The position numbers were made by a program, and so were the translations under genes. A stretch of 63,733 nucleotides of DNA, the filler included. It is 6 parts of 6 records of this genome, joined end to end, with 100 filler letters (N's around TTAATTAATTAA, not from the genome) between each part and the next. Parts side by side here need not be neighbours in the genome. Positions count along the whole stretch, not along the records: positions 13,873 to 21,390 come from SRR31156797_27422; positions 21,491 to 30,397 come from SRR31156797_27428; 4 more parts are not named here. One strand, 5' to 3'. Below, piece after piece: positions 18,850 through 28,337 of the stretch. The notes below the pieces were generated by a model that was given only the letters and a program-made list of their open reading frames with translations, was not told where the DNA came from and did not search any database. The stretch's first letter is position 1. Each line of letters begins with the position of its first letter.

Positions 18850-20052
18850 TTAACAACAATGCTGTCGAATTTTTGTTGATGAAGTACCGTCATCAGCATA
18901 CGTTTCCAGGGACACTATATCGCAGATATCAGGAATTTCCATATCATTAGCGATATCAGAATCCTTCCGCCTGAATACTAAAAACCTGGTATTATACTTG
19001 TGGAAATGCTCCAGCAGACCATTTTTGTCTTCATTTTCACGATAGTATTTTTCATTGAATAACCTGTTCAGGGTATCAGTTCCTATAATAAAGGTAGTAT
19101 TTGGAAAAAGTATTGCCTTGTCTGCAAACAGCGGAGAGTTTGTCAGGTAGAGGTTTCCTACATACTTTTCATTCCTGTATTTCAGGATTGAATTAATTCT
19201 GTTCTCAAGGGAAATGTAATCAATAGGTGGCTTGTCAACATTTGCCAGTGATATTTCAAAGCTGACAGGTTGATTGTACTTTTTGGCAGCAATTTCAGCC
19301 ATTTCAATATGATTCTTATGGCATGGATTAAAAGAACCTGAAAATATAATTTTAGGTTCAGCATCACTAATTTCCATATCGACTTTTGCAGGTTCCATGG
19401 CCTTTTTGTCTTTTGAATTAAGATGTTCCAGGGTTTTTAAAAGCAGTTCTGAAACCGGTAACTCTGCTTTAGCCTCTTTGTCAATGTTGTCTCTGATCAT
19501 TTTATTTTCCGGCAACTTTGCCTCTGCTATTTGCCCAGGACAACAAATTGACGCTATTTTCCGGAGAATAATATCCGATACAAGTTTTTCCTGTTCTTCC
19601 CTGCTGGCATCACCTTCCAGATAAATACTTGAAATTCCTGTTCTATAATATGACTGAAAAGCAAAGTGAAACTCGTGTTTTCTTCCCTTCCTTTCGCCTT
19701 CTTTTTTCGCCAGTTTGCATGTAACTCCAATACCAATAAGCTTTTCAGGATCCTTTATTCCTGTTTTTGAATCAAGATAGAGCGCACGTCTGTAAGTTGA
19801 CATGGAAATATCCAATGCGGTAGCAGTAGAAGCATACACTTGTGGCTCTTTTCCTATAAGGTCTGCAAGTGATTCTCTACTATAGGGAACAATCGCCTCA
19901 ATAACTGTTTCTGAACCTTTTCCATGGCGCAACAATTCACCAATTACTTCTGCTCCTCCTCCTGTTATTGCCATTAGTATCCTGTAAGGAGATTTGTGTA
20001 TCCTGCTGACTATATCTGTAGTGTATGATTTGCAGTCTGCTTTTTTGTTCAA
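18850..20052 (-). CDS. CinA-like domain fused to a cytidyltransferase/NadD-like nucleotidyltransferase
   Basis: N-terminal ITGGG...GSETVIEAIVPYS, GIGVTC and RKGRKH; C-terminal FSGSFNPCHKNH (HxGH variant), NVDKPP, IGTDTLNRL and SSTKIR. Confidence 0.75.
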   Translation of the reverse strand: MNKKADCKSYTTDIVSRIHKSPYRILMAITGGGAEVIGELLRHGKGSETVIEAIVPYSRESLADLIGKEPQVYASTATALDISMSTYRRALYLDSKTGIKDPEKLIGIGVTCKLAKKEGERKGRKHEFHFAFQSYYRTGISSIYLEGDASREEQEKLVSDIILRKIASICCPGQIAEAKLPENKMIRDNIDKEAKAELPVSELLLKTLEHLNSKDKKAMEPAKVDMEISDAEPKIIFSGSFNPCHKNHIEMAEIAAKKYNQPVSFEISLANVDKPPIDYISLENRINSILKYRNEKYVGNLYLTNSPLFADKAILFPNTTFIIGTDTLNRLFNEKYYRENEDKNGLLEHFHKYNTRFLVFRRKDSDIANDMEIPDICDIVSLETYADDGTSSTKIRQHCC

Positions 20053-20337
20053 GTTGAATCACTTTTTATGCAGTAAAGGGAAGTAGTTCGGAAAGTATTC
20101 CATGTTTTCTTTTGTGTGTGCTGTGGAGATTTTTCTGCTCTTTTAAATACTTTTCTTCAGTTTGATACTTTTGAGTATCCTGATGCGATATGCTTTTATA
20201 TGGTAATAACTAAATAAAATTATCATTAACTTATTATATTTATCATTCAGAATCCTAACTTAGAACAAAGTTTGTATCTGTGTGTAAAATTCACCAATAT
20301 AACATAAGTAATGCGATTTAACAGTTTGAGGAAAAAA

Positions 20338-20709
20338 ATGTGCCACATACTCGTAATAGAAGATAACCCTGTGAATATGGAACTGACTGTGGATCTTCTG
20401 GAATCATACGGATATCAGGTTACTCCTGCAGAAGATGGTTTCATTGCACTGGATAAAATAAAGGACAATAGCTTTAATCTAATTCTTCTGGATATCCAGT
20501 TGCCTAAAATGGACGGGCTTGAAGTACTGTCTCATTTGAAGAAAGATGAAAGCACAAAAGATGTCCCTGTAATAGCATTGACTGCTCACTCCATGCGTGG
20601 TGATGATGAAAGGTTCATTGCAGCCGGATGCATAGATTATATTTCTAAACCTATTGATATCCATAGTTTCAAGGAAAAGATACAATATCATCTTGGGGCT
20701 TCGAACTGA
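20338..20709 (+). CDS. Single-domain response regulator (DivK/CheY-like)
   Basis: ILVIEDN, LILLDIQLPKMDG, IALTAH, YISKPI. Confidence 0.93.
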   Translation: MCHILVIEDNPVNMELTVDLLESYGYQVTPAEDGFIALDKIKDNSFNLILLDIQLPKMDGLEVLSHLKKDESTKDVPVIALTAHSMRGDDERFIAAGCIDYISKPIDIHSFKEKIQYHLGASN

Positions 20710-20744
20710 CTGCTAAATTCTGTTAAATCGGTTTTGGATGGGCT

Positions 20745-21390
20745 ATGCAAATTCGCACAAAAACATTAATTGTATTTAGTTTTACTCTCTTTTTTTTAGT
20801 GCTGACCTTACATCTCAGTGCAGGTTCTATTATCTTCAGTAGTTTTGAAGATCTTGAACGTCAGGATGTCACTGATAATATGGCTAAGGTTCTTGATTAC
20901 TTAGATCAGACCAGATCGTATTTAGAAACATTATCCACTGACTTGACTGACAGTTCTGATGCTCGTGAATTTATTGTGAATAATAATTCAGACTACATAA
21001 ACTCGAATTTTGCAAATTCTAATTTAAGAGAAATGCGTATAAATATAGTCATTTTTCTGAATGAATCTGGTGATATTGTTTACAAAAAAGCATATGATGC
21101 TCACAAGGATGAAGAAGTATCTTTCCCTGTTGAACTTATTAATATTATCTCAGATGACAATCCTATGATACCATCCTCTGAAAATGAATATGAGCCTTCT
21201 GGCATTATCATTCTTTCTGATACACCTCTTATTTTTTCATCAAAACCTATACATGAATCATCTGTGAACCCTACTCCAAAAGGAACCCTTATAGTAGGAA
21301 GTATTTTTGATGCTAATTCTGCTGCTTTTTTTTCCTTAGTGCATAAAATTCCTTTGAATTATCATATTCTCAGTGATCCTTCAATCGATC
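20745..21390 (+). CDS. CHASE4-domain membrane sensor (probable histidine kinase), 3' partial
   Basis: N-terminal TM, SFEDLE, YINSNF, SKPI...GTLIVG, typical of CHASE4. Cut by the contig end. Confidence 0.75.
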
Positions 21391-21490
21391 NNNNNNNNNN
21401 NNNNNNNNNNNNNNNNNNNNNNNNNNNNNNNNNNTTAATTAATTAANNNNNNNNNNNNNNNNNNNNNNNNNNNNNNNNNNNNNNNNNNNN
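21391..21490. other. Artificial contig linker
   Basis: 44 N + TTAATTAATTAA + 44 N. Confidence 0.99.
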
Positions 21491-21630
21491 TGGTGTGATC
21501 CTGATAGGCTCCGCCGACCAACCGTAAAAAAGCATCAGTGTCTTCGGTTTCAAAGACGCTGGCGGACCACGCTCAAGGATTTTTCAATCGCGATTAACTC
21601 AACGATATACCCCGTATCCGGAGATTCACG

Positions 21631-22503
21631 CTAAACATCAAATTTCCTCTCTTTGGTCCGCCGTTGGTTAATTACGAAACGTTTCATTACTGTTGACAAG
21701 AAACCGCCAAGAACACTCAGTGCTAAAATAAAATTATACCATAGTATATGAAAATTTGTCAGTGCCAGAGCCAAACATCCTAAAACCGTAACAACCGATA
21801 TCCACTGCGCCTCAGAATACCCCGACCAAACAGGCCGATGCGCATCACCACGGAAGAATTCGATCCAGAAACGTCCGGTTCCATAGGCGACCACATACCA
21901 AAAAAAGGCACTGCCAGGACGGGCGTCAGATAAAACAATCATTGCCGCAATGGATGTCATCAGAAACAACCACATGCTTTCCAATAACTGGACCGGGATA
22001 AGACGTTGGCCTTTGAAACGGCTGTTAAAACCTGCCGCGACATGGGCCTGGCCGTAACAAACTCCCCATTTTTTAGCTGGACGTCCATGACAACACCCAA
22101 CCATGAAGCACCCAATGCGACCGAATGATAAAAAAATGCCCAATCCGACGGCTGTAATATCCAGGTATATCCATAAAGGTTGTTTCATTAGAAAGAGCAA
22201 ACTGCTGATCACGGCGAATACAGCTATCATGGAGTGGTAGCAAACCAGCACCTCTTCACCGGTTATGATTTTTACCGTAAGGGCCAGTAACAGAACAGTG
22301 AGCAAACCTGATAAGGCAATCATACCGAGAATGATCATTGATAGATCTCTGTGGACTCCCAAAACCATGGCAGCCGTGATTGCCGAGAATAATCCCACGA
22401 CTGCCCAAAACTGAAAGGCGTGCAGCGGCCGGCCCAGCACCTGCACATGCAGCCGGGTTGTCCGGTCAAATATTCGGTTAATCATTCCAAGAGTATCGTG
22501 CAT
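21631..22503 (-). CDS. Prolipoprotein diacylglyceryl transferase (Lgt)-family membrane protein
   Basis: Multiple TMs, GRIGCFMVGCCHG, RLIPVQLLES, YGTGRFWIEFFRGD, SEAQWIS. Confidence 0.8.
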   Translation of the reverse strand: MHDTLGMINRIFDRTTRLHVQVLGRPLHAFQFWAVVGLFSAITAAMVLGVHRDLSMIILGMIALSGLLTVLLLALTVKIITGEEVLVCYHSMIAVFAVISSLLFLMKQPLWIYLDITAVGLGIFLSFGRIGCFMVGCCHGRPAKKWGVCYGQAHVAAGFNSRFKGQRLIPVQLLESMWLFLMTSIAAMIVLSDARPGSAFFWYVVAYGTGRFWIEFFRGDAHRPVWSGYSEAQWISVVTVLGCLALALTNFHILWYNFILALSVLGGFLSTVMKRFVINQRRTKERKFDV

Positions 22504-22505
22504 CC

Positions 22506-24299
22506 CTATTCTGCCCCCCTGTATCGCAGCCGTTCAGCAGTTTGCGCCATGTCTGGATTTTGGCCGAGCGTATTAAAATAAAGCATCATATACGCTGCGG
22601 TGGGAACTCTGAGATCCCAATCCATGGGCATGACGTTTCCTTCTCCAAAAAACGGGTACAAATCCGTTAACACGGTCCTGATGCCGTTTCTCAATGCTGC
22701 CGGTATCCCTTCTCCACCTTCGAGATAGTAGCCTGACATAACTTGGTCAAGGGATGTTCCCCTGCGAAGCCTTATGTAATGCGCTGTCCGCGAAGCTCCG
22801 AAATGACTGATGCGAAGCGGCAGCCCGTGCTCCTCTCGGAGCATATTTTCGGTGATGATGTCTTCTTGGGGGATTCCATAAGTTGTTTCCATCGTCTGGC
22901 CCTCAAACAGCCCCCCCTGTCCCCTGAGCGTAAACCCTGTCTGACCGGTGATGGTGAGAAGCTCTTCGGGTTCCGTTGGAAGGCCGGTAGCAGGATCAAT
23001 CGGTTGAAGTGTTCCGAACATATCCCCAAATAACCCCTGCGCCTTGGAAGGGGAGAGGCTCTGCCCACGGGCATAATGGAGTGCGTGGATCAACTCGTGG
23101 CCCAGGGTGATTTCATCAGGTGATTCAGTAATCTCAGGTTGTTGTTCCGTACCGGTGAGAACCGAGGATTCGCTGAGCTGAGAATAGTTGATCCTGACCG
23201 TCGACCCAATGGGTTCACCTGAACGATGCTGTTCAGGCTCGGGCTGCCCGCCTTCAGTATTGCTGGTGATCAACCGCCCTGCAGCCGGATTTTCCGGATC
23301 AACATCCGCTTCCACACCGGTTTCACCTTCTGTACTTTCCAGTCTGATGGATTGACCGGTGGCCAATAACTCTACCACTATCCTGAACCCCACAGGTCTG
23401 CTTGCCAGCAATCTGAACTGGCTGTCGGCCCAATTGGCAAACTCGGGCGCTGTTTCGTCCACCCTTATACTAGTGTTTCCCTGCATAATGGAATCAATGA
23501 CCAGATCCTGATAAGCCGTATAAAATTCGTGCCGATCCCGGCGATGCATTCCGGCGATCATGGTCCAGTCACGTTCACGCACAGCCAGTTCCCATTCAGC
23601 GCCAAGAACAAGAAGCGATCCGGAAGGGGCATCATCACGCAATCGCTGGAGATCTGATGTACTTAAATCGGAAAGTTCTCCTGCCAGACTGTAAGCGCTG
23701 TCAATATCTGAAAGCCTTTGAAGAAGACTCACTTCTTCATCAGTGCAACTTTTGATGCAGCGTTGCAGCTTCAAGCCGGATTTTAAACGGGGAACAGCAT
23801 TGAGGTAAATCTCTCCCAGCAAGGTACGCAGGTTACCGAACATTCTGCTGACAGCCACCATCGCCGCCATATCAGCCTCTTTTTCCAAGAGGCCTGGTGG
23901 TTGAGTGTCTATGCTCTCGTTTCTTCCGTTTGTCTGCTGTTGTGCCACATGTGCCAACTCATGGGCGATAAGCCCGTCGCCGGCAGGAGTACCCGGCCTG
24001 TATGCCCCCCGGGCAAAAGCAATATCATTGCCTATCGTAACGGCCTGGGCCTGAATACGATCCGTCAACCCAGCTGCCTTATCATTGGTATGTACTCGTA
24101 CATCGGAAAAATCACGGCCGTAAATACCGCCCACGGCACTACTGACATGGGAACGCAGCGGAATCCCTGACTGGTGAAGAAACAGGGGCATGCCTGCTGG
24201 AGCACCTTGGTTTTTAACCAAAGTTTCCGTTCTATTGGATTTTCTCCGCGAAGCGGTCGGTGTTTTCTTTATTTTCGTTGTTATTTTGTTATTCCGCAT
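22506..24299 (-). CDS. DUF4157 (eCIS core) domain protein with a C-terminal M91/NleD-like Zn-metallopeptidase; putative toxin
   Basis: DFSDVRVHT...AQAVTIGNDIAF..GAYRP...LIAHELAHVAQQ (DUF4157), then LGHELIHALH...EELLTITG...ITENMLREEHGLPLR (M91-like). Confidence 0.8.
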   Translation of the reverse strand: MRNNKITTKIKKTPTASRRKSNRTETLVKNQGAPAGMPLFLHQSGIPLRSHVSSAVGGIYGRDFSDVRVHTNDKAAGLTDRIQAQAVTIGNDIAFARGAYRPGTPAGDGLIAHELAHVAQQQTNGRNESIDTQPPGLLEKEADMAAMVAVSRMFGNLRTLLGEIYLNAVPRLKSGLKLQRCIKSCTDEEVSLLQRLSDIDSAYSLAGELSDLSTSDLQRLRDDAPSGSLLVLGAEWELAVRERDWTMIAGMHRRDRHEFYTAYQDLVIDSIMQGNTSIRVDETAPEFANWADSQFRLLASRPVGFRIVVELLATGQSIRLESTEGETGVEADVDPENPAAGRLITSNTEGGQPEPEQHRSGEPIGSTVRINYSQLSESSVLTGTEQQPEITESPDEITLGHELIHALHYARGQSLSPSKAQGLFGDMFGTLQPIDPATGLPTEPEELLTITGQTGFTLRGQGGLFEGQTMETTYGIPQEDIITENMLREEHGLPLRISHFGASRTAHYIRLRRGTSLDQVMSGYYLEGGEGIPAALRNGIRTVLTDLYPFFGEGNVMPMDWDLRVPTAAYMMLYFNTLGQNPDMAQTAERLRYRGAE

Positions 24300-26307
24300 T
24301 GGACGTATATAGCCCCCTCACCCGTTTTAATTCCGGAGACAGTTGTTTGCCGATTTTCCGGTATTCATCTGAAAGGGCATCTATCAGAGTTTTAAAGGAA
24401 ATGGATGTTTGTTTGCTTTTGGCCATAACCGCCGCCGTCAACACCACATTCCGGATATGGCCGCCGGAAAGTTCGCACTGCATGGCCAATTGATTGATGT
24501 TGCCTTTGGAAAGGGTGTGGAACGATCCCAGGTGATTAAGCCAGATGGCCCGTCGCTCTTTCGGGTTGGGCAGGGGGAAATCGATGATCATGTCCAGTCT
24601 GCGGGTGAAGGCCGCATCGAACCGGGCTTTGCTGTTGCTGGTGAGCAGCACCACTCCGGTGTAGGTCTCGATTCTCTGGAGCAGGTAGTTAGTCTGGGCG
24701 TTGGCGAATCGGTCATTGGCATCTTTGACATCGGTGCGTTTGCCGAACAGGGAGTCCGCCTCGTCAAACAGGAGGACCACATCTTCCTGTTCCGACTGCC
24801 CCAGGAGCCGGGCCAGGTTTTTTTCGGTTTCACCGATGTATTTACTGGTGATAGATGCCAGGTCCACCCGGTACAGAGGGGCGCTCAGCCGGTTGGCCAG
24901 CCAGCTTGCGGCCAAAGTCTTTCCCGTGCCTGACGGACCGGTGAACAGGGCTTTGACACCCATTTCGTACCGGGCCTTGAGGGTGATGCCTAAATCGTCC
25001 ACCAGCTGTTCGCGCATGCGGCATCGTTGCTCCAGCAAGTCCAGCTGCCGTTGGGTCCGGGGCCGGACCACCAGGGTTTTGTCGGTAACTTTGGCTTTCA
25101 CGGGTTGGGCCATGGCACTTAAGCCGCTGTTTTCCCGAAGCCATGCCGCTTCCCGGATTTCCTCCATGCCAACCGTGTCTTTTTGGTGAATAATGCTTTG
25201 GCGTTTGGCCAGACTTGCCAACTCAATGATCCGGTCCATGCCGTGAATATGGTCCCAGGCCAGTTGTTCGGATAATTCGGACCGGTCCAGATGTTTATCC
25301 CAAAGGCTTTTGCGTTCCTCATGGGTCGGTAAAGGTATGGCCCAACCGATGACCTGTCCGAAATTGGATTCAAAGGCCCCCTCATGGCCGGCAAGCACCA
25401 GTACAGGGCCCTGATACCCGGTGATCTCCGGAAGGTTGGTTTGTTCACCGGGCCCGCATTCATAAATCAGAACCGGCAAAAGGTCTTTTTGAATGCAGAT
25501 GGTTCCCAACCCGGGAAAGGCTTTTTCCTGATCCTCTATCATTAAAGCCTTTTTCTTAAGGACAAGGGCAATATGACGGGCAGCCCGTCTTTTTTCCCGG
25601 ATAGACGGCGACCGGATCACCAGGGCATCCCTGGAGCCCTGGGCCAGGGACCGTGCCTGGAGGTCTGCCTGCCGGGCAAGGGACTGCGGCAGTTCAAACC
25701 CGTCATCGTCCCCTATGATCCGGGTACCGGGCCATGAAAAACGGCCCCCGGATACGTTCAATGCCACAGGTGCATGCAGGCGCACCTGCTGCTCAGGCAG
25801 GGGGGATGCTTCATTGAGCACCTGAAGGAGACCCAGTGCGACAGCTTTCCCATGTAGAATGTGTGCCATGATGTTTGCCATATTATCACCAGGGCATATC
25901 CCCGAATTCCGGATTAAAGTGGCCAACAGGCTCAGCGTTGGCCGGGACCCGCCCATGGGCTGTTGAAGGTAAGCCATGCAACGGCCTGCCATGGGATCGG
26001 TTTCCACAAGATAACACAGGGTCAGGGCGATGATATCGGAACAAGCCGGATGCGCTGTTCCCAAAAGCCTGATCAGGTTGTTTTCCCCGGTGTGGGAGTT
26101 TTGAATTATATCTTTTAAGTCCAACGTTCTATGGGGTTTGGGTGGAACTGCGTGCATCAGATAGGCGGCTTCGGGCTGACTGGGTTCCTTTTGCTGGTCC
26201 GGGGGCAGCATGCCGGCCAGCAGCCCCATGATCCAGTTTCTGAGATGCAGGGAAGGTAAGTTTTCCCTTGGAGGGATGGTCTGTTTAATGTGAACGGTAT
26301 GCGGCAT
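24289..26307 (-). CDS. AAA+ ATPase, Afp15/Pvc15 (eCIS)-like
   Basis: LFTGPSGTGKT, YRVDLASITSKYIGETEKNL, LLFDEADSLFGKRTDVKDANDRFAN, YLLQRIE, AFTRRL, LSGGHIRN. ATG at 26307 has a GGAG RBS. Confidence 0.88.
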   Translation of the reverse strand: MPHTVHIKQTIPPRENLPSLHLRNWIMGLLAGMLPPDQQKEPSQPEAAYLMHAVPPKPHRTLDLKDIIQNSHTGENNLIRLLGTAHPACSDIIALTLCYLVETDPMAGRCMAYLQQPMGGSRPTLSLLATLIRNSGICPGDNMANIMAHILHGKAVALGLLQVLNEASPLPEQQVRLHAPVALNVSGGRFSWPGTRIIGDDDGFELPQSLARQADLQARSLAQGSRDALVIRSPSIREKRRAARHIALVLKKKALMIEDQEKAFPGLGTICIQKDLLPVLIYECGPGEQTNLPEITGYQGPVLVLAGHEGAFESNFGQVIGWAIPLPTHEERKSLWDKHLDRSELSEQLAWDHIHGMDRIIELASLAKRQSIIHQKDTVGMEEIREAAWLRENSGLSAMAQPVKAKVTDKTLVVRPRTQRQLDLLEQRCRMREQLVDDLGITLKARYEMGVKALFTGPSGTGKTLAASWLANRLSAPLYRVDLASITSKYIGETEKNLARLLGQSEQEDVVLLFDEADSLFGKRTDVKDANDRFANAQTNYLLQRIETYTGVVLLTSNSKARFDAAFTRRLDMIIDFPLPNPKERRAIWLNHLGSFHTLSKGNINQLAMQCELSGGHIRNVVLTAAVMAKSKQTSISFKTLIDALSDEYRKIGKQLSPELKRVRGLYTSNAE

Positions 26308-26309
26308 GG

Positions 26310-28310
26310 TTAATTGTCTCCCCCAACATAATGAAATTGAAACACCCGTCCCAGCCACGGCACCCAGCCGGGGTTAATATCAAGTCCTGCCATGCGCACA
26401 CGGATATCCAGTTGGCTAAAAGGGAAAGTAAGGTCCAGATGGGTTTTTGTGGTTGCGATATATGCCGGGCGGCAGATCAACTCACCAAGTTCCATGGTGG
26501 CGACATCACGGCAATACCGTTCCATGGCGGCCACCATGGTATCGACCAACCGGTCCAGGGACCAGTCTTGGGAAACAACCGGCTCCGGATCTGTTTGATA
26601 CCGGTTAAACCAAGCTGCTACACGGTCCCGATTTTTATGATGCCAGACGCCGATCATCATCGGTTTTTCGGAATCAAGGCGCAGTCCGTACCCATTAAAG
26701 CCGTTGATTCGGACCACACGGAAAGCACAATCTCTGGATAACGGTTCCGGCAGAATGCGCCGCCATTGCGGTGGTGCTGTAAATTCGGGAACCACGGCAA
26801 CCGGTTCCGGTTTTTCTCCGAGAAATTCAAGGGCCGGATCATCCGGGGGAATGGAAAAAAGCTTTGCGCACCGGAAAAGAATACGCCGGGGAAAATCAAG
26901 ATCTCCATACTCCGGAAATTTTTCTAGTAAAGAATCCATCCCAATGCGCTTCATCAGGGGAATCATGAAAATCAATCCCGCATACTCGCTGATCTCGCCA
27001 GCAAATCCGCCCAAAACCGGCCAAATTTCCGTTAAGGTGTGTTTTTTGAATGGTGTGGATTGAATATGTTTTGATTCCGGGGAAGGGGGGCCGGAAGAAG
27101 AAAGAGCGGAAGAATCGGATACCACTGTGTCGCCGGAAGGACCAGGGAAATCGGTATCGACGTCAATCGAAACATCTCCAGGTGGCTCTATCGATATTTC
27201 GTCTACGATGTCGGTGCATTGAGGGATGGCTTTTCCGGTTGTTTTCTGGTCCGATTTCGGCGTTGCCGTCGGTTTGTTCTTGTCCACAAACTCAGACTCC
27301 GGTTGGCCGGATTCAGCTTGGCCATGGGCATTCGTCTCCTGCTTTGTAACTTCCGATGCTTGTGGATCCATATCAACCGCTTCTGTTGGAACCTCACCGG
27401 ATTGATTCAGTTCCCGGCTGATTTTTCTATGAACTTCAAGACCTGACTTCTGGTGCAGATCCACCATGTTTTCCCGGTTCTTTTTGGTACCTTCGGTGTC
27501 ACGGGAGCTGGAGGGGGGAATGGAAACCCTTTCAAGCAAACGGTTCAAATGAACCGGATCTGTCGCTTGATTCATCCGGGCCAAAACCAGATAAGAAGCA
27601 AGGGCAAACCTTGGATCGAAAACCGACCAGAGACCGATCGCCCGTGTGATCATCCCGCCTTCAAAGGATGGCACGATCATCGGCTTTTCCGGTGATATCA
27701 TCGCCCTTTTTTCCGGTGCTTTCATGGGGTCAATCTGAACCGGTGAAAGACCCATATTGAAAAGATAACGGGTCACATCCCGGGAGTTGAATTTATCAAG
27801 GATGTCGAGAATTCTGCCGCTTTCCAACAACGGTTCCAGCACAAAGCAGAGCCCCCGGATACCGGTTTCGTATTGGGAAACCCGGGAGACAATCACTTGA
27901 TAGCTCTGTGAAACCGATAAAGACGGATGCCATCCCTTTACGGCAGCTTTCCAATACCATGCCCGGGGTTGCTGATTTTTTGCAAGAAGACGTATCAACA
28001 ACCGATAGGGAGACAGGTCGTCGGGAAACCAGACCGCAGGCGCGCCAATCAACTCCGGCGTATCCTGGCAGACCATCACGGGACTGATTTGACGGAACTG
28101 TTCGTCAATTCGCCGGGCCAGAAAGCGGCTTGATGCAGAGGATGAAAACTTACCCAGATCAAGTCGTTTGACAAACACCCGGCCATTGGGGGGAACTCCG
28201 GGAAACGACGCTGTCCGGAACGCATCTTCAATCGTAAATGTCATCCGGGGCAGCATGGCGTCATCCCGGGTTCGAATCCGTAGTTTTCGAACATGACAAT
28301 CTGTCGACAT
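26310..28310 (-). CDS. Contractile injection system tape-measure-like protein (Afp14/CIS_TMP-like termini)
   Basis: N-terminal VFVKRLDLG, a low-complexity linker, YAGLIFMIPLM, and C-terminal RPAYI..TKTHLDL..LDIRVRMAGLDINPGWVPWLGRVFQFHY. Confidence 0.6.
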   Translation of the reverse strand: MSTDCHVRKLRIRTRDDAMLPRMTFTIEDAFRTASFPGVPPNGRVFVKRLDLGKFSSSASSRFLARRIDEQFRQISPVMVCQDTPELIGAPAVWFPDDLSPYRLLIRLLAKNQQPRAWYWKAAVKGWHPSLSVSQSYQVIVSRVSQYETGIRGLCFVLEPLLESGRILDILDKFNSRDVTRYLFNMGLSPVQIDPMKAPEKRAMISPEKPMIVPSFEGGMITRAIGLWSVFDPRFALASYLVLARMNQATDPVHLNRLLERVSIPPSSSRDTEGTKKNRENMVDLHQKSGLEVHRKISRELNQSGEVPTEAVDMDPQASEVTKQETNAHGQAESGQPESEFVDKNKPTATPKSDQKTTGKAIPQCTDIVDEISIEPPGDVSIDVDTDFPGPSGDTVVSDSSALSSSGPPSPESKHIQSTPFKKHTLTEIWPVLGGFAGEISEYAGLIFMIPLMKRIGMDSLLEKFPEYGDLDFPRRILFRCAKLFSIPPDDPALEFLGEKPEPVAVVPEFTAPPQWRRILPEPLSRDCAFRVVRINGFNGYGLRLDSEKPMMIGVWHHKNRDRVAAWFNRYQTDPEPVVSQDWSLDRLVDTMVAAMERYCRDVATMELGELICRPAYIATTKTHLDLTFPFSQLDIRVRMAGLDINPGWVPWLGRVFQFHYVGGDN

Positions 28311-28337
28311 GGCCGGTTCCCCCTATCCCCTTGGTCG

